In this document: piece after piece, positions 20,367-29,312 of the stretch
Position numbering within the stretch: the first letter of the stretch is position 1
How the letters are laid out: every line of letters starts with the position of its first letter
NCBI GenBank assembly: GCA_017624905.1
Contig: JAGAMD010000021.1
Span: forward strand, 1,754 to 65,753
Direction: 5' to 3'
DNA length: 64,000 bases
Source of the DNA: Clostridia bacterium
Lineage (GTDB): Bacteria; Bacillota; Clostridia; Oscillospirales; CAG-272
The notes under the pieces: generated by a model
The model's input: only the letters and a program-made list of their open reading frames with translations
Told to the model about the DNA's origin: nothing
Databases searched by the model: none
Translations under genes and position numbers: made by a program

Positions 20367-20588
20367 ATGTTAGAAAAGTTAAAAGAAATACTAAAAAAGG
20401 TACTCCCAAATGCAGACGTATCTAATGTTACTAAGGAGACAAAATTAATCGAGGATCTCGGCTTTGACTCACTCGCTATTATGATGATGTCAATGGAGGT
20501 TGAGGACGCATTCAACTTTAGATTTACGGAATTTGTTAAATTTGAAACAGTTGGAGATGTAATTAACTATCTTGAAAGCAGAATATAA
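20367..20588 (+). CDS. Acyl/peptidyl carrier protein, non-canonical
   Basis: 73 aa. Phosphopantetheine site DLGFDSLAIMMM. Helix II (SLAIMMMSMEVEDAF) is much less acidic than housekeeping AcpP. Confidence 0.8.
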   Translation: MLEKLKEILKKVLPNADVSNVTKETKLIEDLGFDSLAIMMMSMEVEDAFNFRFTEFVKFETVGDVINYLESRI

Positions 20589-20592
20589 AAGT

Positions 20593-20618
20593 AAAACCAC
20601 CCAAATGGGTGGTTTTTT
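20593..20618. terminator. Bidirectional terminator ending the fakA-to-ACP operon
   Basis: aaaa-ccaccc-aaat-gggtgg-tttttt. Confidence 0.85.
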
Positions 20619-22557
20619 ATTTTGATAGAAACAATATAACAGGCTCTTGCGTGTTGGCATTTTTGCTTATAATAATGTCTTTTTTGTTTAGTGTGAAGCT
20701 TAATTCTTCTCTTTCTCCGTTTGGTGTCAAGCATTCAATTTTAGTTGGAGCAAATTCACACTCTAACTCTATTTTTTCTATTGGATCAAGACCTATATTA
20801 AATAGTGCACAGAAAAGCTCACCATCTTGAGTATCGGCACACTTTAGGTAAACCTCCTCATCACCTTTATAGTATATTGGAAGCTCACCTGCCGTTTTGA
20901 GCATATTTACAAGCTGTTCCTTTCTTGAGTATGAAAGAAATGAAAATGCATCTGAAATATTAAAATCAGCCACCGGTGTGCCACAGAATGTAAATACTGT
21001 ACCACCAAGCTCATTTTTATAAATTGTTGAACCGGCAAAAAGCTCTTCATAACTTTCGTGGTCAACGGTATTAAGTGCATATGAGTCTATTTTTGTATTA
21101 GGTGATAAAGGAACAAGCTCCTTGGTTTGCATTTGTGCCTTAACTAAGCCACCATTAATGCATATTCTCTCTCTTATAGCCGGCTTTCCTGTCCATTCAC
21201 GAACATCTACACCAAGATATTTGCCAAAGCCACGATTAATTAGATTTTTAGCTGTATTGGATGCTAGGAAAACAGATCCCTTTAAAAGCTCAAGCACCTC
21301 ACTATCAGTAAACCAAGAGTCGCTATCGCCCTCTAGGCATAGCACACCGCCGTTTTCACCTGAAAAATACATTGGTATGCCTAATCTTTCAAGCACACAG
21401 TAGCTCCAACCATCGCTCTCCTCCTTTACTCTACCATAAGTAAAGTCCGGTGCTTTTGGAGTATGTATTCTACAACCACGCCATTTTAAGGATGGTGTTA
21501 ACTCGGCTAGCTTTTCATAAAAGCCATTATATTTTGACAATATTCTTCTATACGCCTTGCCACTGTCCGGCTCATATGTAATAAGTCTCGTTATCCAATG
21601 CTTAGCTCCGGTTGCTCCCTCTAGAATTGAGCCTGTAAAATGAGTATGCAAGGACATAGCTCCTGTGCTGTATCTATTTTGTGGACATGTATCGGTTTCG
21701 GCTAAAATAACATCTACCTTATCCTTTAGCTTTGCAATTTGAGTTGCGGCACGTTGAAAAACTCTACTAAGATATCTAGCTCCTTGTGGGGTGTAATTGC
21801 CGTTGTTTATTCTAACAGTTATAGGATTGCCCTCTCCTGCTAAAACAGATGCAATTTCATATGCAAACTCTGCATTGTTACCGCAACAACAATACGACAT
21901 AGGTAGCTTAGGATTTACACTGTCAACACCTTGTCGCATTATTTTTGCTGTTTCAAGTAGTGAATCTCGTTGTGTCTCAATATATATGTCTGTATATTTC
22001 TTGCTTAGTTCTGTTCTTTTATTTACAATATCCCAAAGCTCTTTTCTAGTTAGGCTTACCCCTGCTTTTTCATTAAATCTAGCCATATGCAGAGGACAAG
22101 CACAGCCCTCGCCCTTATACCAAATTAGACGAAAATCATCATCAATCATAATACACTCGGGATTTTGGATAGCAATTGCTCTCATTACATTATAAATGTA
22201 ATCCTTAAAGTCCTCATCACAGGGGCAAACAGAATCAACGCTTTTTCCATCGTTGAAATTAACATGGCTTTGATATGGAAATTTTTCTCCAAGAGTCCAA
22301 CCGTGACCTACTGAGGCTTGTACCAAGACACCACAGTTAAATCCCATAGAGCTTAGCTTATCTCTAAAAAGTGAATATTTTTTGCACAAAATACTAACCT
22401 TATCACGAGGCGGATTGCCCTCTGGTACAAGTGTCATTTGAAATAATGCACAGGTTGCGACACCCGTTTCATATTGCTCCTTAATATCCGCACATATTTC
22501 GTCAATATGATCAGTATCAAGTGGCATTATACTATAATTTAAAAGTTTATTTTTCAT
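20617..22557 (-). CDS. Uncharacterised 646-aa cytoplasmic protein with several Cys clusters
   Basis: Long ORF with SD gaggat and no signal peptide. Motifs CPCDEDF, GEGCACPLH, SYCCCGNN and AETDTCPQNRY. I cannot assign a family. Confidence 0.8.
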   Translation of the reverse strand: MKNKLLNYSIMPLDTDHIDEICADIKEQYETGVATCALFQMTLVPEGNPPRDKVSILCKKYSLFRDKLSSMGFNCGVLVQASVGHGWTLGEKFPYQSHVNFNDGKSVDSVCPCDEDFKDYIYNVMRAIAIQNPECIMIDDDFRLIWYKGEGCACPLHMARFNEKAGVSLTRKELWDIVNKRTELSKKYTDIYIETQRDSLLETAKIMRQGVDSVNPKLPMSYCCCGNNAEFAYEIASVLAGEGNPITVRINNGNYTPQGARYLSRVFQRAATQIAKLKDKVDVILAETDTCPQNRYSTGAMSLHTHFTGSILEGATGAKHWITRLITYEPDSGKAYRRILSKYNGFYEKLAELTPSLKWRGCRIHTPKAPDFTYGRVKEESDGWSYCVLERLGIPMYFSGENGGVLCLEGDSDSWFTDSEVLELLKGSVFLASNTAKNLINRGFGKYLGVDVREWTGKPAIRERICINGGLVKAQMQTKELVPLSPNTKIDSYALNTVDHESYEELFAGSTIYKNELGGTVFTFCGTPVADFNISDAFSFLSYSRKEQLVNMLKTAGELPIYYKGDEEVYLKCADTQDGELFCALFNIGLDPIEKIELECEFAPTKIECLTPNGEREELSFTLNKKDIIISKNANTQEPVILFLSK

Positions 22558-22606
22558 ATCTAATCCTCATTTCTTCTAAACCATAAAAGCTTATTTAATG
22601 GTGTGT

Positions 22607-22705
22607 CTAATTATATGTGCCTTTAGTGATTACCGGACAAACTAATATATCATTACCAAGCACAAGCTCATCCTTTGTTTTGGCATTCTGTACCGCTGTT
22701 GACAT
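22607..22705 (-). pseudogene. Possible relic of a GH31 glycosidase gene (about 35 codons)
   Basis: Hand translation gives (YFWAE)MSTAVQNAKTKDELVLGNDILVCPVITKGTYN*. ELVLGNDILVCPVITKG resembles the GH31 C-terminal-region pattern (Q/E)F(M/L)xGxxLLVxPVxxxG. There is no usable SD spacing. Confidence 0.3.
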
Positions 22706-22836
22706 CTCCGCCCAAAAGTATTAAATTTCTTTAATTTTAGTTTTGAAAAACATAACATCACTTCAAAATCATTATAGCATAAGCGTAATCGATTGTAAAG
22801 AAAAAAGACACACACCAGTGTGTCTTTAACTTGTTT

Positions 22837-23391
22837 TTATTTTTCTTCATACTCTGCTATGTATGGCAAATTTCTATAAAACTCTGCACAGTCAAGACCA
22901 TATCCGATTACAAAGAAATCAGGAATTGTAAACAGTGCGTAATCAGGCTTAAAATCAACTATTCTACGATCAGGCTTATCAAGAAGTGTATATACGTGGA
23001 GTGAAATAGGATTTCTTGCTTTGAGCATTTTTACTATATCGTTAAGGGTTCTGCCTGTGTCAATAATGTCCTCAACAATTACAACGTGATAATTACTAAT
23101 ATCCTTGTCAAGATCCATTGTGATTTTTACTATACCGGAGGAAACTGTGCCCTCATAGTAGCTCTTTGCACACATAAAGCCAATTTCACAAGGAACAGAT
23201 ACCGCTCTTGCCATATCAGCCATAAAAACAAAAGCTCCCTTCAAAATGCTAACTAACAAAATCGGTCTTCCGTCATACATTTTGTCGATTTCCTTACCTG
23301 CTTTTTTTATAGCCTCGCGGATTTCTTCCTCGGTTATAACAACTCTTTTAATTTTGCTTTCAAAGTCAGCAACTGATTTGATATCTTTCAT
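22837..23391 (-). CDS. hpt: Hypoxanthine-guanine phosphoribosyltransferase
   Basis: 184 aa. PRPP-binding motif VVIVEDIIDTGRTL. A terminator hairpin aagacacacaccagtgtgtctt lies just downstream. Confidence 0.93.
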   Translation of the reverse strand: MKDIKSVADFESKIKRVVITEEEIREAIKKAGKEIDKMYDGRPILLVSILKGAFVFMADMARAVSVPCEIGFMCAKSYYEGTVSSGIVKITMDLDKDISNYHVVIVEDIIDTGRTLNDIVKMLKARNPISLHVYTLLDKPDRRIVDFKPDYALFTIPDFFVIGYGLDCAEFYRNLPYIAEYEEK

Positions 23392-23484
23392 TTTGAATCC
23401 TCTTTTTTAAGTTTTAGGTTTTTTATTATTATAGCATATATATCGTCAAGTTTCAACAAATTGCGAAAATTTGGTTTTATTTGT

Positions 23485-23513
23485 TTGACTTTTTTAGATT
23501 TAAATGATACAAT
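23485..23513 (+). promoter_or_regulatory. Sigma-A promoter for the ADP-ribosylglycohydrolase gene
   Basis: TTGACT (23485-23490), 17-nt spacer, TACAAT (23508-23513). Confidence 0.6.
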
Positions 23514-23541
23514 ATATTTATTAATTCGTTGAGGTGATATT

Positions 23542-24921
23542 ATGCCGGGATATGCAAATTTCAAAACACTTTATAAAGAAGAATACGATTGCTTAAGGGA
23601 TGAGGGCTACAATGTAGAAAAATTTGTTCAGCCTGATCCTGATTCTAAGGAGTTTTTGCCTTTTCCAAACGAGTGCGACTCATATGAAGAGGGCGAGGAC
23701 AAGGAATTTTGGAAAAAAGCTTACTATAATTTAATCAAGGTTCGTGAGTTTCCAATTGTTGATGGTTATCCATATGTAGAGCCTAATGATTATGATGAAA
23801 TAATAAAGCAGGCTGATAATGAGCCTGTTTTAGAGCCTCTTACAGACGAGGAATATATGAATAGACTTAAGGGTGCTTTCTACGGCAGATGTGCCGCCGT
23901 TATTCTTGGTAAGCCTCTTGAAATGGGAATGGACAGACTTCAAATCAAGGAATATCTTGAAAGCGTTGGTGAATATCCACTTAATGACTATGTTTCTGCT
24001 TACTCTGAAAAGTTAGACAAAAGACTGCGCGAGGACTGTATTTACTCTACAAAGGGGAATGTCAAATTTGCACAGCCTGATGATGATATTAACTATACTC
24101 TTCTTGCCTTGCACCTTGCTGAAACTCATAAAGACGGATTTAAGAGTGCAGATGTCGGTTGGAACTGGCTTGATAATATTTCATATCATTGGTGCTGGTG
24201 CGCATCAAGACAGGCCTATTACAATATGGTTTCTCTTGACGACACCAAAGATATTGATGCACAAATTGCCCAAATCCCATATAAGCTCAATCCTTGGCGT
24301 GAATGTATAGATGGACAAATCCGTACCGATATGTGGGGATATATTCATCCAGCTGACATAAAATCAGCTTGTAAGGATGCTCACCGTGATTGTGCATTTA
24401 GCCTTACTAAAAACGGCATTTATGGTGGTATGTTTGTTGCCGGGGCTATCGCCGGTGCTATGTCAAAGAATCCTACTGTTGATACAATTATTAAATCCGG
24501 TCTTGCTTCAATTCCTAAGAAATCTCGCCTTTATGAAACTGTAACACTAGTTTGCAAGTGGTGGGACGAATACAATGACTGGGTAAAGGTAGCTGACAAG
24601 ATATATGAAAAATATGGGCACTTACCTTTTGCTGCAACCTTAAATAACATGGCTATGGTAACACTTGGTATTGTTGCAGGTGAGCTTGATTATACAAAGA
24701 GTATCACAATTGCCACAATGGCAGGAATCGATACAGACTGTAACTCCGGTACTGTTGGCTCAATCGTTGGTGCAGCTATTGGAATTGATAATGTTCCAGC
24801 TCGTTGGTATGAGCCGCTAAATGACACTATAAAAAGCACAGTTGCTGCCTTTGGTGAGTGCAAAATTAGTGATGTTATTAACAGAATGGCAGCTCTAAAG
24901 GAAAAAGGATATCATTGTTAA
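23542..24921 (+). CDS. ADP-ribosylglycohydrolase-family protein with an approximately 105-aa N-terminal extension
   Basis: 459 aa. DDDINYT and GIDTDCNSGTVGSIVGA are ARH-fold metal-site motifs. Confidence 0.82.
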   Translation: MPGYANFKTLYKEEYDCLRDEGYNVEKFVQPDPDSKEFLPFPNECDSYEEGEDKEFWKKAYYNLIKVREFPIVDGYPYVEPNDYDEIIKQADNEPVLEPLTDEEYMNRLKGAFYGRCAAVILGKPLEMGMDRLQIKEYLESVGEYPLNDYVSAYSEKLDKRLREDCIYSTKGNVKFAQPDDDINYTLLALHLAETHKDGFKSADVGWNWLDNISYHWCWCASRQAYYNMVSLDDTKDIDAQIAQIPYKLNPWRECIDGQIRTDMWGYIHPADIKSACKDAHRDCAFSLTKNGIYGGMFVAGAIAGAMSKNPTVDTIIKSGLASIPKKSRLYETVTLVCKWWDEYNDWVKVADKIYEKYGHLPFAATLNNMAMVTLGIVAGELDYTKSITIATMAGIDTDCNSGTVGSIVGAAIGIDNVPARWYEPLNDTIKSTVAAFGECKISDVINRMAALKEKGYHC

Positions 24922-24923
24922 AT

Positions 24924-24952
24924 AAAAAAGGACACGCTCGTGTCCTTTTTTC
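24924..24952 (+). terminator. Rho-independent terminator
   Basis: aggacacg-ctc-gtgtcct followed by ttttt. Confidence 0.85.
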
Positions 24953-25001
24953 TTTTTATGCTTTAAGATAAAAATAAATTTAAAAAATTCAAAAAAAGGA
25001 C

Positions 25002-25030
25002 TTGACAACTTGTTGTTGGTATGATATAAT
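25002..25030 (+). promoter_or_regulatory. Consensus sigma-A promoter of the tRNA-Met/tRNA-Glu pair, with an A-rich UP-like region
   Basis: TTGACA (25002-25007), 17-nt spacer, TATAAT (25025-25030). An A-run lies at 24981-24998. Confidence 0.8.
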
Positions 25031-25059
25031 AGCCTAGCGCTCAATAAAAAGGCGTAAAT

Positions 25060-25135
25060 GGCGGAATAGCTCAGAGGCTAGAGCATCCGGTTCATACCCG
25101 GCAGGTCATAGGTTCAAATCCCATTTCCGCCACCA
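25060..25135 (+). tRNA. tRNA-Met (CAU), elongator-type acceptor; could be Ile2 if lysidinylated
   Basis: GGCGGAATAGCTCAGAGGCTAGAGCATCCGGTTCATACCCGGCAGGTCATAGGTTCAAATCCCATTTCCGCCACCA. The cloverleaf folds with one mismatch each in the anticodon and T stems. G1-C72 argues against an initiator. Confidence 0.85.
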
Positions 25136-25140
25136 TATAT

Positions 25141-25215
25141 GGCCCGTTGGTCAAGCGGTTAAGACACGGCCCTTTCACGGCTGTAACATGGGTTCGATTC
25201 CCGTACGGGTCACCA
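25141..25215 (+). tRNA. tRNA-Glu (UUC)
   Basis: GGCCCGTTGGTCAAGCGGTTAAGACACGGCCCTTTCACGGCTGTAACATGGGTTCGATTCCCGTACGGGTCACCA. Anticodon loop CTTTCAC. Confidence 0.93.
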
Positions 25216-25359
25216 AGAAAAACGCAACCGAACTATTTCGTTACGAAAGAGTGGTTTGGCTGCGTTTTTTCTTTATCTTGAGCATATCATAAAAACACAA
25301 AAGAGCAAGGAATTTTTCCTTGCTCTTTTTTCTTTTTGCAATTTGGTTTTATTCTTAAA

Positions 25360-26487
25360 CTACTCATCTGGCAACTCATCAAAATTAAATCCTTTAGCTT
25401 TAAGGATATCTCCAATAGTTGTAGGCTTGTATGTCTTATCTATATATACCTGAGCTTTTCCCTTTTCTTTTTTCTTGCGTTCTTTATATTCCTTGCCATT
25501 TATGTGATCAATTTTTGTTAAGTCTTCTTTTGTAAGTTGTAGATAAATCAATGTTTCTTCTAAGCTTATTATTTTAATTTGTCTTTCATTATGCTCTATG
25601 GCTTGCTTTGCAGCAGATAAACGCACCTCTTCGTCTTCACCATCTTGATATTCTATAAAAATATCACAAACGCTTGCTTTTCCAGTGTATGTAGCTCCAA
25701 AGAAATATATCCTTTCTATAATTGCAAGAAATTCGTTGAATCTTTTCTTTTGAAAATGCGAGCTTATACACACGGTTTTGCCAAAGAAAACTTCATCTTT
25801 CTTTTTTTCTGACACGCTTAACCTTTGTATAAAGCTTTTTAGAAACTCATTTTGTGCTTTCAAATTTCCGTTGTTTATTTTTTCAATCAAATCATAGTTC
25901 CGCTCTTTTGCTCTTTCTGCCCTGTAATTTTTACTACACTTCTTTAACATTTCTATTGTTTCAGGTAATGTTAAATTTTCTTTTTCTCCAATAACTTGCA
26001 AAGCCTTTATTACTGCCCAAGCATCATCGTCACTTTTGTGAAGCCTGATGTCATCTATTTTTAGATCTTCTACAAAGCCCTGTACAGAGGTTCTGTTTTT
26101 TGACTTTGTATAGCCTTGATATAACTTTTGAAAATCATAATAAGTAAATCTAATTGGCTCCTTTTCATACAGCGCATACGCGGTAGCTAAAAAGGTAGTA
26201 TCATTGGAAAGTGAAAAGCCTATTATTTGGCAATCAGGTGTAGTTAGTATTCTTTTTATTGTATCATAATAATAATCAAATTTTGGACTATTAAAATATA
26301 CCTCGTCTTTAAATGCAAGTTTAATATCGCTCTCGCCATTTCGTCCAGTAAGATTAAATTTGTGACACGGATTTATTGTAAAATAAGCTCTATCTATCAC
26401 ATTAAACTGTTCGTCTATTATCACATACCCAAATTCGCACATATGTGTTCCATCACAGCACTCAATATCAAATGACAAATACTTCAT
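25360..26487 (-). CDS. DEDDh 3'-5' exonuclease domain fused to a C-terminal BRCT-like domain
   Basis: 375 aa. ExoI FDIE, ExoII SLSNDTTFL, ExoIII HKSDDDAWA. After a coiled linker, GKTVCISSHF...GATYTGKASVCDIFIEY...IKIISLEETL resembles BRCT. Confidence 0.75.
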   Translation of the reverse strand: MKYLSFDIECCDGTHMCEFGYVIIDEQFNVIDRAYFTINPCHKFNLTGRNGESDIKLAFKDEVYFNSPKFDYYYDTIKRILTTPDCQIIGFSLSNDTTFLATAYALYEKEPIRFTYYDFQKLYQGYTKSKNRTSVQGFVEDLKIDDIRLHKSDDDAWAVIKALQVIGEKENLTLPETIEMLKKCSKNYRAERAKERNYDLIEKINNGNLKAQNEFLKSFIQRLSVSEKKKDEVFFGKTVCISSHFQKKRFNEFLAIIERIYFFGATYTGKASVCDIFIEYQDGEDEEVRLSAAKQAIEHNERQIKIISLEETLIYLQLTKEDLTKIDHINGKEYKERKKKEKGKAQVYIDKTYKPTTIGDILKAKGFNFDELPDE

Positions 26488-26499
26488 TATTACCTCTTT

Positions 26500-27096
26500 T
26501 TAAACTTTATAACTAAAATGTCTAGAGCAACTTTCCAAAACAAATTCGCCATAAATCGCCTTTAACACTTCAACATCTATTGTTTCACAAGCTCTTCCGG
26601 ACTTCAATATTTTCCCCTCTGATAAAATAACAACTTCACAATCTATATCTAATAGATAGTTTGGATTGTGCGTTGTGAACATTATTGTTTTTCCATCATT
26701 TTTCAAAGAAATCATTAAATTAAGTATTTTTGCTTGATTGCCAAAATCAAGTGAAGCCGTAGGCTCGTCCATAATTATGATTGAACTTTCTTGTGTAAGA
26801 GCTCTTGCAATACACGCAAGCTGCTTTTCACCACCGCTAATTTTATTTACATCCTTATCAAGCAACCCAGTAATTCCACAAACCTCTGCATAATAATATA
26901 CCTTGTCATAATCCTCTTTCGAGGGAGCTTTGCCGAATGGAATATGGCAATTTCGTCCAAACAAGATATATTCAAATACAGTAAAATCCATATTCACTGT
27001 AGAGCTTTGGGGAACATATGCAACAAGTCTTGACCTTTCGGTTGGTGATAATTTTGACAAATCCTTGTCACAAATATAGATTGTATCCTCTTGCAC
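26500..27096 (-). pseudogene. 5'-truncated ABC-transporter ATPase (FecE/FhuC-like) lacking Walker A
   Basis: The ORF begins at GTG and has an in-frame stop 8 codons upstream. It retains the Q-loop (AYVPQ), signature ISGGEKQ, Walker B IIIMDEPTASLD and H-loop TTHN, but no GxxGxGKST. No permease or binding-protein genes are nearby. Confidence 0.8.
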
Positions 27097-28967
27097 AGAA
27101 TGAACACCTATCTTGCTTTATGATTTCAGCAATCATATTTGCTAATCTGTCAGTATCTAATGGAACAGTTGTCAAATTATCGCTATATGAATAATTTGTG
27201 TTCGCATACTCTTTTAACACAAAGCCCAAAATGAACGCTGTCAAGTTACATGGCATAAATCCGTAAGGTTCCGCCTTTAAGAATTCATAAATCTTAGCAA
27301 TTGTTATTCTATCTGTCTTTTTGAATTCTTCGTTGATAAAGCTGTCAATTGCTATCTTCAATGAAGAAATGTAAGAAGGTGATTTTGTCCAATATTCAGG
27401 AATGTTCCACGCTTTATTTAGTGCATTTTCAAGTTTTGTAGCTTCGTTGCTTGAACGGTATGTTCCCTTTGTTTCTTGTGTTATACCGCAAGTTGCACCA
27501 GATGCTAAAGAATTTGCATCAAACATTGTGTTGATAACGTTTGTAAACTCACCTTCAAGACAGTTAGGATAATGGAATTTGTTGATTTCCATCAACTTAG
27601 CAAACAAATCGGACAAGTTTGCAAATGATTTCCTTGGAGATATGCGAAAGACCATCATAAATTTCTTCATATGATGCTGGTTTTCCTATAGAAAGCATAT
27701 GGTTTTCAATTTCTTGAGAGTGATTGATTTCTACATTTTCTTCAGTCGACATATAGTTTTCAAAGAAATAATATTTTCCTTTTTCTGCAGAAAACTTAAT
27801 ATATTCTCTTAACATCATTTCGTCTGTTAACGAAAAGCAATACACAAATACATCTGTTAGCTCAGTGTATATTGCCTTGTAATAAAGCACTTTCTTTCCA
27901 CTTGAAAACTGTTCCTCAATATAATTAAACAATTTCGTGTTAGTTTCGGAATCGATAATTCCCTCTGCTGGGAATAAACGATCCTGATAATAAACACCAC
28001 ATTTTTTCAATCTCGAAATCAGTTCATCATCAGACAACTCTATTTTTTCATCATACAAATCTGAATATGTGTCTCTAAAAATTTCAATATCAATTGAGTC
28101 AAAAGTCATTCCGTTGCGGAATCTATTCATCAAAACAGAAACATATTTTTCTTTATCAAAATCATCCGACTCTGATTTTTCATCTTTTGCATCAATTTCA
28201 ATATCATCAATATTTCCTGCATTAAAATAGCATTTATCATTTTTTATAACGACCCAGGAAGTGCTCTTTAATATTTCTACAACTAATTCTTTGTCGCAAT
28301 TTGGTCCAATATTTGCAAAAATTCTATCTAATGAAACACCCTGTGCATCATCAAAAACTTTAGATATAACATACAATTTTTGATATAGCAACGGATGTTT
28401 TTGTTTGTAATATTCCTCATCCTTTACTTCTTCTCGCTTGATTGTAACTGTAGTCGATTTATATCTATACTTGTCATCAACTTTTTCTATCCATTCAGAG
28501 TTATCAAGAGCTATTTGGACATTAGCTCTACCATACATTCCTTTTAGCTGTGAGCCTATTTCGAAGAAAGTATACCATTTGTCAGGATTCTTTCTAAAAA
28601 TTTCAAAAAGTTCCTTGTAAAGAGCTGTTGGCACCTCTGTTTTGGTTTTTGTTTCTTGCTCGGAGCTCTCAACCGAAGTTTTTTCATCGGACTGACTATT
28701 AAGTACCAAAAATTCATCGAATAGTTTCCATGTTTTTTCAAAAATTTCACAAGCGTATTTATGAATTGCTCTAAAAAACTTATTTCCAAGGAGAGTGGTT
28801 CTTACATATTTAAACTCTTTTTGCGTTTGTATAGCCCAAAGACCTAACTTATATATCTTTCTGGAAACAATAAAGCTTGAAACCTCATCGTAAGCTTCTA
28901 GGACAACAGATACAGATATCCCTTTAATTTGCTTTTCAGAAAGCCATTTCCCAAATTTTTCTCTCAT
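27068..28967 (-). pseudogene. Large unknown-function gene, frameshifted (about 27600-27660) and 3'-truncated by fusion to the ABC remnant
   Basis: Track ORFs 27597..28967 and 27068..27670 overlap in different frames and read as one protein. The last 16 codons (CSFCARGYNLYL*) are out-of-frame ABC-gene sequence. Confidence 0.7.
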
Positions 28968-29006
28968 AATAAAATCACCTAATTTTTTTGTTTTAAATTG
29001 CGATTA

Positions 29007-29231
29007 TTATTCATTTACAGGATTAATATCGTCATTAACCATTTCCATAATGTCAGAAATATCACAATTCAACGCATTGCATATTTTGTGAAGAACATCG
29101 GTATTAACGTTTTCATTTTTGGCAAGTTTAGTTACAGTTGCGGAACTAATATTTGCTGCAAGCTGTAAATCTTTTTTCTTCATGTCTTTGTCGATCAGCA
29201 ATTTCCAAAGTTTTTTGTAGCTTATAGCCAT
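29007..29231 (-). CDS. XRE/Cro-type HTH regulator
   Basis: 74 aa. KKKDLQLAANISSATVTKLAKNENVNTDVLHKICNALNCDISDIME. Its own promoter is TTGACT-17-TATAAT on the minus strand around 29250-29280. Confidence 0.88.
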   Translation of the reverse strand: MAISYKKLWKLLIDKDMKKKDLQLAANISSATVTKLAKNENVNTDVLHKICNALNCDISDIMEMVNDDINPVNE

Positions 29232-29312
29232 TATTTCACCTCAAAAATAGAATATAAGAATATTATATAATATTATTCGACAAAAGTCAATGAAAATCCT
29301 GAGAACGCTAGA

